DNA from: Rhodospirillaceae bacterium
Lineage (GTDB): Bacteria; Pseudomonadota; Alphaproteobacteria; Rhodospirillales; Rhodospirillaceae
DNA: 64,000 nucleotides
Assembly (NCBI GenBank): GCA_963678075.2
Contig: CAXXPK010000005.1
Span: forward strand, 148,764-212,763
Direction: 5' to 3'
The notes beneath the pieces were generated by a model, which made no database searches, was not told the origin of the DNA, and was given only the letters and a program-made list of their open reading frames with translations. The position numbers and the translations under genes are program-made. Below, piece by piece: positions 21,630 to 30,410 of this stretch (position 1 is the first letter of the stretch; every line of letters begins with the position of its first letter).

Positions 21630-22529
21630 ATGGCGCACGAGGTCGATCGCTTTCTCGAAATGATGCGCGCCGAACGCGGGGCTTCGCCACGCACCATCGA
21701 CGCCTATCGCCGCGACCTCGACGATTTGGCCGATTGCCTGGGGGCGAATCCGGCGAGTGTCGGCGCCGCCGAACTCAAATCCTATCTGCGGGGCCTGCTG
21801 GACCGGGGCTTTTCATCACGCACCCAGGCGCGGCGGCTATCCGCGATCCGGCAGTTCTTTCTGTTCCTGCGGGCCGAGGGCGAACGGTGCGATGATCCGG
21901 CGCATCTTCTGGACTCCCCACGCATCGGTCGCCCTTTGCCGAAGTACCTATCGGAGGACGAGGTCGCCCGCCTGTTGGCCGCCGCGCGCGAATTGCCGGG
22001 ACTGTCCGGCTTGCGGATGGTCGCCCTGCTGGAGGTGATCTATGCCACCGGCTTGCGGGTTTCGGAATTGGTCGGGCTGCCCTATGCGGCGGTCGCCCGC
22101 GAGCCCGAGGTCCTGCTGGTGATGGGCAAGGGCGGCAAGGAACGCGCGGTGCCGTTGACCCTTGCCGCCCGCGTCGCCCTTGCCGCTTATCTGGCGCGCC
22201 GCGAACAGGCGACGCGGGGCATCCGGGGCGGGGCGCGGTGGGCTTTTCCCGGCCCCGGACGCGGCGGTCACATCACCCGCGATGGATTCTACAAGGCCCT
22301 GAAGACGCTGGCGGTTCGTGCCGGAGTTTCCTCCGCTAAGGTGTCGCCGCATGTGATGCGGCATTCCTTTGCCTCGCACCTTTTGGCGCACGGCGCCGAC
22401 CTGCGGGCGGTGCAAAGCATGCTGGGTCACGCCGACATCGCGACCACGCAAATCTATACCCACGTCTTGGAAGACCGCCTGCGTAGCCTAGTCGAATCCG
22501 GCCACCCCCTGGCCAAGTTGGGGCTGTAG
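21630..22529 (+). CDS. xerD: Site-specific tyrosine recombinase XerD
   Basis: 299 aa. Motifs include ATGLRVSELVGL, HVMRHSFASHLL, GADLRAVQSMLGHADIATTQIYTHV. Confidence 0.95.
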   Translation: MAHEVDRFLEMMRAERGASPRTIDAYRRDLDDLADCLGANPASVGAAELKSYLRGLLDRGFSSRTQARRLSAIRQFFLFLRAEGERCDDPAHLLDSPRIGRPLPKYLSEDEVARLLAAARELPGLSGLRMVALLEVIYATGLRVSELVGLPYAAVAREPEVLLVMGKGGKERAVPLTLAARVALAAYLARREQATRGIRGGARWAFPGPGRGGHITRDGFYKALKTLAVRAGVSSAKVSPHVMRHSFASHLLAHGADLRAVQSMLGHADIATTQIYTHVLEDRLRSLVESGHPLAKLGL

Positions 22530-22544
22530 GGGAAGGAGAACTGG

Positions 22545-22725
22545 GCCGGGGGCCGCCCGGCCCCGCAAAGGGGCGCGGCTCCTTTGATCCCATGATTTGT
22601 TTTTCGCCGCATAGCGGCAATCATTTCTCATGCGGCGCGAAGGTTTCATGGCGCTTCGCGCGAAAAACAAAATAATGGGTACGCAGGGTCCTCGCCCCTT
22701 TGCGGGGTTCGGGGCGGAGCCCCGG
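22545..22725. repeat. Intergenic palindromic element: two inverted copies of a ~75-bp structured repeat
   Basis: The left arm (22545-22617) is the reverse complement of the right-arm pattern (22647-22725: CATGGCGCTTCGCGCGAAAAACAAAATAATGGGTACGCAGGG..CCCCTTTGCGGGGTTCGGGGCGGAGCCCCGG). A third copy lies at 59596-59674. Confidence 0.8.
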
Positions 22726-22733
22726 TCCGGTTC

Positions 22734-23591
22734 TTATTCCCACCCGATTCTCGCCTTGACCTCGTCCGGCGTTGCGCCAGCGTCACGCAAGGCGGCGAGG
22801 GTGGGGGCACCGTTGCGTTTGGCGAGGCGTTTGCCGTCGGTATCGGCGATCAGTCGATGATGCCGCCAGTCGGGCACCGGCAGGTGCAGCAGGTGTTGCA
22901 GCAGGCGGTGCAGGTGGCTGGCGGTAAATAGATCCTCGCCCCGGGTGACGCAGGTGATGCCCTGTGCCGCGTCGTCAATGACGACCGCCAAGTGGTAGCT
23001 GGCCGGGGTGTCGCGGCGGGCCAGCACGACGTCACCGAACAGTTCCGGCGTGGCGTTCCGGCCGCCGCGATCGCGGTCGGTCCAGGTCAGTGGCGGCAGC
23101 CCGGTCAGGGCCTTCGCGATGTCGAGCCTCCATGCGTGCGGTGCGCCCGCCGCGATGCGGGCGGCGGCGGCGTCGGTGGAAAGGGCGCGGCAGGTTCCGG
23201 GATAAAGGGCGCCGTCCGGGCCGTGCGGCGCGCTGCCCGAGGCGGCGATCTCGCGGGCGATGTCGGCGCGGGAACAGAAGCAGGGGTAAAGCAGCCCGGC
23301 GGCTTTCAGGGCATCGAGGGCGCGGCCGTAGATCGCCATGCGCGCCGACTGCCGCGGTGCCGGTTCCGGCCAGGAGAGGCCGAGCCAGCGCAGGTCGTCG
23401 CGGATCGCCGCGATGAAGGATTCGCGGCAGCGCGTCGCGTCGATATCCTCGATCCGCAGCAGGAAGGTTCCGTCCGGCCCGGTCTCGCGCGCCGCGAACA
23501 GGGCGGAGAAGGCATGCCCCAGGTGCAGCCGCCCGGTCGGGCCGGGGGCGAAGCGGGTGATTTCGGTGCGGACGTGAACGGCGGCGGTCAT
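22734..23591 (-). CDS. gluQRS: tRNA glutamyl-Q(34) synthetase
   Basis: Motifs include TRFAPGPTGRLHLGHAFSAL and LLRIEDIDATRC. An alternative upstream ATG is at 23636. Confidence 0.9.
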   Translation of the reverse strand: MTAAVHVRTEITRFAPGPTGRLHLGHAFSALFAARETGPDGTFLLRIEDIDATRCRESFIAAIRDDLRWLGLSWPEPAPRQSARMAIYGRALDALKAAGLLYPCFCSRADIAREIAASGSAPHGPDGALYPGTCRALSTDAAAARIAAGAPHAWRLDIAKALTGLPPLTWTDRDRGGRNATPELFGDVVLARRDTPASYHLAVVIDDAAQGITCVTRGEDLFTASHLHRLLQHLLHLPVPDWRHHRLIADTDGKRLAKRNGAPTLAALRDAGATPDEVKARIGWE

Positions 23592-23747
23592 GGCTCCGGC
23601 ATAGCCGATTTCCGTCGCGTCCCGCAATCCCGGCAAGCGTCACAATCCTGTGATGCAACATGGTGGGTCTTCTGCTATACAGGGTACTATATGTCGTGTC
23701 TCGTGCGGGCGCCGCGAGGCACTGGCTTCCGTCTACGGGAGGTTCCG

Positions 23748-24308
23748 GTGACCTTCGAAGGGGATTTCGCCCCGGTTCTGGTTCTCAACGCGGATTATCG
23801 TCCGCTCAGCTACTTCCCGCTGTTGCTTTGGTCCTGGCAGGAAGCGATCAAGGCCGTGGTTTCCGAACGCGTGCAGGTTCTGTCGGAATACGATACGGTG
23901 ATCCGCTCCCCCAGTTTGTCGCTGCGGCTGCCCAGCGTGATTGCCTTGAAGGACTATGTTCCGGCGACGCGCCGTCCGGCCTTTACCCGTTTCAACGTCT
24001 TTTTGCGCGATCGTTTTTTCTGCCAGTATTGCGGTCGGCGGTTTCCGACCCAGGACCTGACCTTCGATCATATGATGCCGCGGTCGCGCGGCGGGCGCAC
24101 CAACTGGGAGAACGTGGTCACCGCCTGTCAGGTCTGCAACCTGGAAAAGGCTGACCATTTGCCGACCCGTTTCGGCTTTCGTCCGATTCGCGCGCCGGAG
24201 ATGCCGACCTCCCACGAATTGTTGGAGATTGGGCGCGCCTTTCCGCCGCACTATCTGCACAAAAGTTGGCGCGATTATCTCTATTGGGACACCGAACTGG
24301 AAGAGTAG
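23748..24308 (+). CDS. HNH endonuclease family protein
   Basis: Motifs CQYCGRRF..LTFDHMMPRSRGGRTNWENVVTACQVCNLEKA. GTG at 23748 follows GGGAGG; an alternative ATG is at 23691. Confidence 0.85.
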   Translation: MTFEGDFAPVLVLNADYRPLSYFPLLLWSWQEAIKAVVSERVQVLSEYDTVIRSPSLSLRLPSVIALKDYVPATRRPAFTRFNVFLRDRFFCQYCGRRFPTQDLTFDHMMPRSRGGRTNWENVVTACQVCNLEKADHLPTRFGFRPIRAPEMPTSHELLEIGRAFPPHYLHKSWRDYLYWDTELEE

Positions 24309-24813
24309 TCTCCGTGCTCAGCCACAGGCGGCGTTCCGACACCAGCCCCAGGCAGATCAGCGCGAAGGCCGACGAGGCGGCGAAGTTCCATTCGCTCAAG
24401 GAAAACCCGAACAGAGTCCACGGCACGTCGTCGCAGTGCGCCACCGGTTTGGTGGACAATGCCGTGGTGACGTCGGACAGGTTCATCGGGTGGGATAGGT
24501 CCTCGCCGGTGCAGCCCCGGGTTCCCGTCCACCAGCCATGTTCGACGCCCGCGTGGTAGAACGCGATGGCGGCCCCAACCGCAAGGATCGCCGCCACGAT
24601 CATCGCCACCCGCCGTCGCCGCGCCGGGTGCCGCAGCATGGCGGTGCCGAACAGGCCAAACCCGGCGGTAAGGACGAAGGGGACCCGCTGATAGGTGCAC
24701 AGGACGCAAGGGGCGATGCCGAAGACATGCTCCATCACCAGGGCGAAGCCGAGAACGGCCAGGCTCAGGACGGTGATCGACAGGCAGATGCGCAGATCAG
24801 GGGAGTGTGACAT
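24118..24813 (-). CDS. DsbB-like disulfide bond formation protein with an unusually long C-terminal tail
   Basis: GIAPCVLCTYQRVPF (CxxC) plus four TM helices and a second Cys pair. The last ~65 codons overlap the 3' end of the HNH gene by 191 bp. Confidence 0.7.
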   Translation of the reverse strand: MSHSPDLRICLSITVLSLAVLGFALVMEHVFGIAPCVLCTYQRVPFVLTAGFGLFGTAMLRHPARRRRVAMIVAAILAVGAAIAFYHAGVEHGWWTGTRGCTGEDLSHPMNLSDVTTALSTKPVAHCDDVPWTLFGFSLSEWNFAASSAFALICLGLVSERRLWLSTETTLPVRCPNRDNRANFCADSAAERRAQSPTIRGRSASPARESDESRNGSANGQPFPGCRPDRR

Positions 24814-24830
24814 CGGGTCCGCATCAAAAA

Positions 24831-25406
24831 TCAGTTCGCCAAATACTTAAGCGCGACGAAGCCGCCGATCAACAGTGCAAAGAACGCGGTGGCGAGTTTG
24901 CCCAGGTGCGCCTCGATAAAGGCGCGGATCGGTTCCCCGAATTTCCACAGCAGACCGGCGACCAGGAAGAAGCGTATCCCCCGCGACAGGACCGAGGCGG
25001 TGCCGAAGATCACAGGGTTGAGGCCGGTCAGGCCGCTGGCGATGGTGATCACCTTGTAGGGGAAGGGGGTGATCCCGGCACCGAACACGATCCATGTCCC
25101 CCATTCGTTGTAGAGGTTCTGGAAGGTCTCGAACTTTTGCATGTAGCCATAGAAGCCGAGAATCGGCGTCGCCACCTGATCGAACAGGAACAGGCCGATG
25201 GCATATCCGCCGAAGCCGCCGATGACGCTGGAGACGGCGGCGATGCGCCAAGCCTTGGCCCGTGCCGCCAGGACCATCGGAATGATCAGGACGTCGGGGG
25301 GGATCGGAAAGATCGAGCTTTCGATGAAGGAGACGATGGCCAGCGTCCACATCGCATGCGGCGTGACGGTCTGTGCCATGGTCCAGTCGTAAAGGCGTCT
25401 CAGCAC
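24831..25406 (-). CDS. YqaA/DedA-type membrane protein
   Basis: 191 aa. Motifs FIESSIFPIPPDVLIIPM and GITPFPYKVITIASG. Confidence 0.85.
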   Translation of the reverse strand: MLRRLYDWTMAQTVTPHAMWTLAIVSFIESSIFPIPPDVLIIPMVLAARAKAWRIAAVSSVIGGFGGYAIGLFLFDQVATPILGFYGYMQKFETFQNLYNEWGTWIVFGAGITPFPYKVITIASGLTGLNPVIFGTASVLSRGIRFFLVAGLLWKFGEPIRAFIEAHLGKLATAFFALLIGGFVALKYLAN

Positions 25407-25475
25407 GGTGGTGCCTCGGAAACAGCGGAAGGGCGAGGCTGTGTGTAGCAGCCGTTTGACGCGGCGGCAACAGGA

Positions 25476-25949
25476 TCAGAAGACGACGCGGCGGATCATG
25501 TTCAGGCCGATCAGCAACAGCATGACGCCGACCAAGGTCATGAAGTGCTTTTGCGGAATGCGGTCGCGCAGGCGGTTGCCCAGGGACATGGACAGGCCGA
25601 CCACCACCCACCCGGCGGCGGACAGGGCCAGAATCCCCGGCGGCGCGAAGCCCTTGATCGCCAATCCGGCGAACAGCGGCAATTGGCCCAGCAGGAAAAG
25701 CACACCCATGATGTGCACGAAGGCGGTTTTCTCCAGGCCAAGGGTGATCAGATAGGGGACGAGGGTCGGCGCGAGAAAGCTGCTCATCCCGCCGACCAGG
25801 CCGGAAACCAACCCCACCAAGGGGCGCAGACGGCGGTCGATGCCGGTGGGGAGGCTGGGGCGCCAGCCGGCCAGGGTGGAGACCGCGAACACGCTGACCA
25901 GACCGACCAGGATCAGGGCGGGAGCGAGGGTGGCCCGCGCGAAGGCGAT
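25476..25949 (-). pseudogene. C-terminal half of a TauE/SafE-family anion exporter (N-terminal half missing)
   Basis: LVGLVSGLVGGMSSFLAPTLVPYLITLGLEK..LLLIGLNMI corresponds to the second repeat of TauE. Upstream, the same ORF (25476..26246) runs into peptidase-like sequence. Confidence 0.7.
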
Positions 25950-26283
25950 GGCGTCGGCCAGGACCAGCCGCCCCTCGGCGTCGGTATCAGACGATTTCGA
26001 CGGTGCTGCCGTCGAAACCCCGCGCCACGTCGCCGGGGATCGGCCTGCCGCCGCCGTCGCGACCGCGCCCAGGAAGCCGCAACCCGGCACCGGCCCGTCC
26101 GTCGTGGGGGCAAGGGCGCAGGCCGGAGTTCCGTCGATGCTCAGCGTCTTCGTCAGCCGCTTCCAGTTCGGCCGCAGTGGGTGGCTGCCGGGGCGGACCC
26201 CGGTGATCCAGGCATCAGCGGCGCCGAGGGGAATGTCCCCCCCCACGGCGTCCGGTCGTCGCGGTCGGCGAAGCGCAGGCGGA
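25950..26283 (-). pseudogene. Remnant of a second M17 leucyl aminopeptidase gene directly downstream of pepA
   Basis: DTDAEGRLVLADA (25950-25988) is the M17 NTDAEGRL signature. One frame over, just upstream, is GRPIPGDVARGFDGSTVEIV followed by a stop (compare pepA RPGDVVASMSGQTIEVINTDAEGRL). By eye the DNA is only about 70 percent identical to pepA. Confidence 0.65.
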
Positions 26284-27801
26284 TCATCGATCGGCCTTCG
26301 GCGCGGGTTGTGCCTCGTAGCGGGTGGCGATCAGGCGTTCCAGCAGGCGGACCCCGAAGCCCGAGGCGCCCTTCGGCGCGGTCGGCAGCGCCTTTTTCAT
26401 CCAGGCGACGCCCGCGATGTCCAGGTGCGCCCAGGCGACGTCGGGCTTGATGAAACGCTTCAGGAACTGCGCGGCGGAGATCGAACCGGCCTCGCGTCCG
26501 CCGGTGTTTTTCATGTCGGCGATGTCGGACTTGATCAGTTCGTCATAGGCGTCGCCCATCGGCAGCCGCCACAGCGCCTCGCCGACCTCGGCCCCGGCTT
26601 CGGTCAGCGCCGTGCTCAAGGCGTCGTCGTTGGAGAGCAACCCGGCGTGGTCGGACCCCAGGGCGATGACGATTGCCCCGGTCAGGGTGGCCAGATCGAT
26701 CACCTCCCTTGGCTGGAAGGTTTCCTGCGCGTACCATAGGGCGTCGGCCAGGACCAAGCGGCCCTCGGCATCGGTGTTGATCACTTCGATGGTCTGTCCC
26801 GACATCGAGGCCACCACGTCGCCGGGGCGCTGCGCCATGCCCGAGGGCATGTTCTCGACCAGGCCCAGGATGCCGACCACGTTCACCTTGGCCTTGCGGC
26901 GCGCCAGAATGCGCATCAGCCCGGTGGTGACCGCCGCGCCGCTCATGTCGGTTTTCATTTCCTCCATGCCGGCGGCGGGTTTAATCGAGATGCCGCCGGA
27001 GTCGAAGCACACCCCCTTGCCGACGATGGCGACCGGCGCGTCGCCCTTGGCGCCGCCCATCCAGCGCAGGACCACCAGTTGCGATTCGCGGTCCGACCCC
27101 TGGCCGACCGCCAACAGCGACTCCATGCCCAGCTTCGCCATTTCCTTTTCGCCCAGGATCTCGACCTCGACGCCGTCCTTTTCCAGGCCCTTGGCGATCT
27201 TCGCGAAGGCGGCGGGGAATAGCACGTTGGCGGGCTCGGAAACCAGATCGCGGGTCAAGAAGACGCCGTCGGCGACGATCGCCAGGGGCGCCCAGGCGTC
27301 CTTGGCCGCCTTTTCGTCGGCGACCGCGAGGGTCAGGGTCTTCAGGGCGGTTTTGTCCTCGGGCTTCTGTTTGGTGCGGTAGGTGTCGAAGCGATAGGAC
27401 TTCAGCTTCGCCCCCAGCGCCGCATGGGCGGCCTGCCGGGCGGTCGAGGCCTTGGACTCGGCGATGGCGTCGATGGCCAGGGTCAGTTCCGTGCTTTTGC
27501 CCTTGTCCGCCGCGATCATCGCCGCGCCGCCGAAGGCTTCCATGCGGCGGCAATCGATCTCCGCCGCCTTGCCCAGGCCGACCAGGATCAACTGGTCGAT
27601 GGCGAGCCCGGCGGGGGCGACGATCGCCAGCGTCTGCTCGGCCTTGCCGGTGAAGCGCGATGTCGCGATGGCGCGGGCGACGGCGCCGACGGTGGCAACA
27701 TCGGCCGCCTTGGCGCTGGGGGTGAGGACGCCGGCTTCCAGGACGCCAACGGCAAGGCACCCGGATTTCGGAAAACCGGGCTGAGCGAAAGCGACTTTCA
27801 T
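26284..27801 (-). CDS. pepA: Leucyl aminopeptidase (M17)
   Basis: 505 aa. Motifs VGKGVCFDSGGISIKP, NTDAEGRLVLADA, ATLTGA. Confidence 0.95.
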   Translation of the reverse strand: MKVAFAQPGFPKSGCLAVGVLEAGVLTPSAKAADVATVGAVARAIATSRFTGKAEQTLAIVAPAGLAIDQLILVGLGKAAEIDCRRMEAFGGAAMIAADKGKSTELTLAIDAIAESKASTARQAAHAALGAKLKSYRFDTYRTKQKPEDKTALKTLTLAVADEKAAKDAWAPLAIVADGVFLTRDLVSEPANVLFPAAFAKIAKGLEKDGVEVEILGEKEMAKLGMESLLAVGQGSDRESQLVVLRWMGGAKGDAPVAIVGKGVCFDSGGISIKPAAGMEEMKTDMSGAAVTTGLMRILARRKAKVNVVGILGLVENMPSGMAQRPGDVVASMSGQTIEVINTDAEGRLVLADALWYAQETFQPREVIDLATLTGAIVIALGSDHAGLLSNDDALSTALTEAGAEVGEALWRLPMGDAYDELIKSDIADMKNTGGREAGSISAAQFLKRFIKPDVAWAHLDIAGVAWMKKALPTAPKGASGFGVRLLERLIATRYEAQPAPKADR

Positions 27802-27919
27802 GTGGGGATATCCTTACATACGGGTAACGAGTGGGCGCGACGCGGCGCCGTAAGCGGGCAAGATCATGGTTCCGATATTGCCAGGACTTCAACGCGGTGC
27901 AAGACGCGAATCGGCTTTT

Positions 27920-28962
27920 TCAGCATGAGGCGGGAAAAATCGGCGGGTTCAGCGGTTCACGTCGTCGCCCCCAGACGCCGGGTTTGCCGTCGAACACCCC
28001 GGGAATGCGGGTGCCGCAGGCGGTGCAGTACCCCTGGGAGTCGAGCGCGCAGTTTCTGATCTCGTACCAGCTGCGGTGGATCGCGGCGGCGCCGCAACCG
28101 GGGCAAAAGGTGGTGCCGCCCGCGATGTCGTGGACATTGCCGGTATAGACGAAGCGCAATCCCTCGGCCATCGTCAGCCCGCGCGCGCGGGTCAGGGTTT
28201 CGGGCGGGGTCGGCGGGACCCGCAACATTTTGTGGGCGGGGCGGAAGGCGGAAAAATGCAACGGCACGTCGGGGGACAGCTCGGTCGCGATGAAGCGCGA
28301 CAGGGCCGCGATCTCGGCATCGGAGTCGTTCAGGCCTGGAATCAGTAGGGCGGTGACCTCCAGCCAGGTCTTGGTTTCGCGTGCGACGAAGCGCAGGGGG
28401 TAGAGAACCGGCTCCAGGCGGGTGCCGCAGACGTCGCGGTAGAAGTCGTCGGAAAAGGCCTTGAGGTCGATGTTGACCGCGTCGAAGCCGGTGAAGAATT
28501 CGGCTCGCGCCTCCGCCGCGATGTATCCCGCCGTCACCTCGACCGCGCATTCCAGGGCGATGATCTGCTCGTTGTAGGTCACGGCGACGGAGCGGCAGCC
28601 CTTGATGGCGGTGGCGTGGGCGATTTCCTCGGGCGGAATTTCCTGGCTTAGGCGGCCGTCGTTGCGTTCGCGCGAGATTTGCCAGTTCTGACAGTAGGCA
28701 CAGGTCAGGTTGCACCCGATCGATCCGAACGACAGAACCGGCGACCCCGGCAGGAAGTGATTCAGGGGTTTCTTTTCCACCGGGTCGATGCAAAAGCCGC
28801 TGCTTCGCCCCCAGGAGGCCGCCCGCATCGTGCCGTCCCGGTTGACGCGGGCGTGACCAGACGCCGGACTGGCCGGGGGCGCAAACGACAGTTGCGCGGG
28901 CACAAGGTGCACACGATATCGCCCAAATCATCGACGGGGTGCCAATATCTGGCCACCGACAT
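27920..28962 (-). pseudogene. amrS: AmmeMemoRadiSam system radical SAM enzyme (AmrS), frameshifted
   Basis: The start MSVARYWHPVDDLGDIVCTLCPRNCRLRP (ATG 28962, RBS GGAGAG) is in the frame of ORF 28762..29052. GQSGV is in a second frame. HARVNRDGTM..DPVEKKPLNHF..GCNLTCAYCQNW continues in ORF 27920..28912. The sequence implies an extra C in a C5 run and an extra G within ~25 nt near 28865-28890. The stretch between YNE and TAGYI is also ~14 aa shorter than remembered homologs. Confidence 0.75.
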
Positions 28963-29075
28963 GTTTCCCTCTCCGCCGACGTGATGATACATTCGATGGA
29001 ACAGTGTAGAACCGTTCGTTTCCCTTGGGAACCGGCGGTCACCCCCGCTCACCGCATCGGAGGACGATACAAGGG

Positions 29076-30410
29076 ATGAACGACACCACCCAGCGGGTCC
29101 GGCCCGCCGCCGTTGCCGGCATGTTCTATCCCATGGACCCCGCCGATTTACGGGCCGAGGTCGCGGCGCATCTTGCCGGCGGCGGCTCCGACGCGGATGA
29201 AGTGCCGAAGGCGGTGGTGGTGCCGCACGCCGGCTATCGGTACTCCGCCCCGGTCGCGGCGAAAGCCTACGCGCGGGCGATCCCGGGGCGTGGACGGATT
29301 TCCCGCGTGGTGCTGCTCGGTCCGACCCACCGCGTCGCGGTGGCGGGTTTCGCGCTCAGCAATGCCGAGGTCTTCGACACGCCGCTGGGGCCGGTGGCGG
29401 TGGACGTGGCGGCGGTGGAGCGTTTGAAGGCGCGGCCCGACGCGGTGGCGATGGACTTGGCGCATGCGCAGGAACACTGCCTTGAGGTGCAGCTACCGTT
29501 CCTGAAGGAGATCCTGGGCGACGTCGAGATCGTGCCGGTGCTGGCCGGACAGGTTACCCCCGAGGCGGTGGCCGGGCTTCTGGACTCCCTGTGGGGCGGA
29601 CCGGAAACCCTGATCGTGGTCAGTTCGGATTTGTCGCACTATTTGTCCTATGACGATTGCGTCACCTTGGACGCGGTCACCCAGCACGCCATCGAAACCC
29701 TGTCGCCGGAAAAGATTGATCGGCCGCAGGCGTGCGGGCGGCTGCCGATCGCGGGGTTGTTGCTGACCGCGAAGGCGCGCGGCATGGCGGTGGAGACCCT
29801 GGACGTTCGCAATTCCGGCGATACCGCCGGGCCGCGCGGTCAGGTGGTCGGCTACGGCGCGTGGGCGTTCTTCGAGGATGAGGCGCCGCCCCCGGTCACC
29901 CAGACCTATGGCGCCGAATTGTTGGCTCTGGCCGAGGCGTCGATTCGTCATGGGCTGGAACACGGCGTGCCGATGTCGATCGATTACGAAACGGTTTTCC
30001 CCGATCTGGTCGATCTGGGGGCGGCTTTCGTCACCTTGACCCGAGGGGGACGGCTGCGCGGCTGTATCGGTTCGCTGCGGGCGACCCGCTCGCTGGCCGA
30101 GGATGTCGCCGCCAACGCCTGTGCCGCCGCTTTTGGCGATTCGCGGTTCGGTCCGTTGGACGCGGAGGAAATGGAGGGGGTGACGATTTCGGTGTCGGTC
30201 CTGGGGCCGATGTCGCCGATCGATTTTGCCGACGAACATGATCTTCTGGCGCAGTTGAACATCGGCGAGGATGGTCTGGCGATCGCCGACCATGGCCGGC
30301 GCGCCCTGTTCCTGCCGCAGTTGAAGGTCAAGGCCGGGTTGCCGCTGTCCGAAAGTCCGGCCCTGCAGGCGTGGCGTTTCCGCGTCGATGTGGTGGGCGG
30401 CGAGGCATGA
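29076..30410 (+). CDS. Fused AmmeMemoRadiSam system protein B (MEMO-like) and protein A (AMMECR1 domain)
   Basis: AGMFYP, VVPHAGYRYSAP and SSDLSHY (MEMO1 family) are followed by LRGCIGSL..FGDSRFGPL..ISVSVL (AMMECR1). ATG at 29076 lies inside ORF 29025..30410. Confidence 0.85.
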   Translation: MNDTTQRVRPAAVAGMFYPMDPADLRAEVAAHLAGGGSDADEVPKAVVVPHAGYRYSAPVAAKAYARAIPGRGRISRVVLLGPTHRVAVAGFALSNAEVFDTPLGPVAVDVAAVERLKARPDAVAMDLAHAQEHCLEVQLPFLKEILGDVEIVPVLAGQVTPEAVAGLLDSLWGGPETLIVVSSDLSHYLSYDDCVTLDAVTQHAIETLSPEKIDRPQACGRLPIAGLLLTAKARGMAVETLDVRNSGDTAGPRGQVVGYGAWAFFEDEAPPPVTQTYGAELLALAEASIRHGLEHGVPMSIDYETVFPDLVDLGAAFVTLTRGGRLRGCIGSLRATRSLAEDVAANACAAAFGDSRFGPLDAEEMEGVTISVSVLGPMSPIDFADEHDLLAQLNIGEDGLAIADHGRRALFLPQLKVKAGLPLSESPALQAWRFRVDVVGGEA

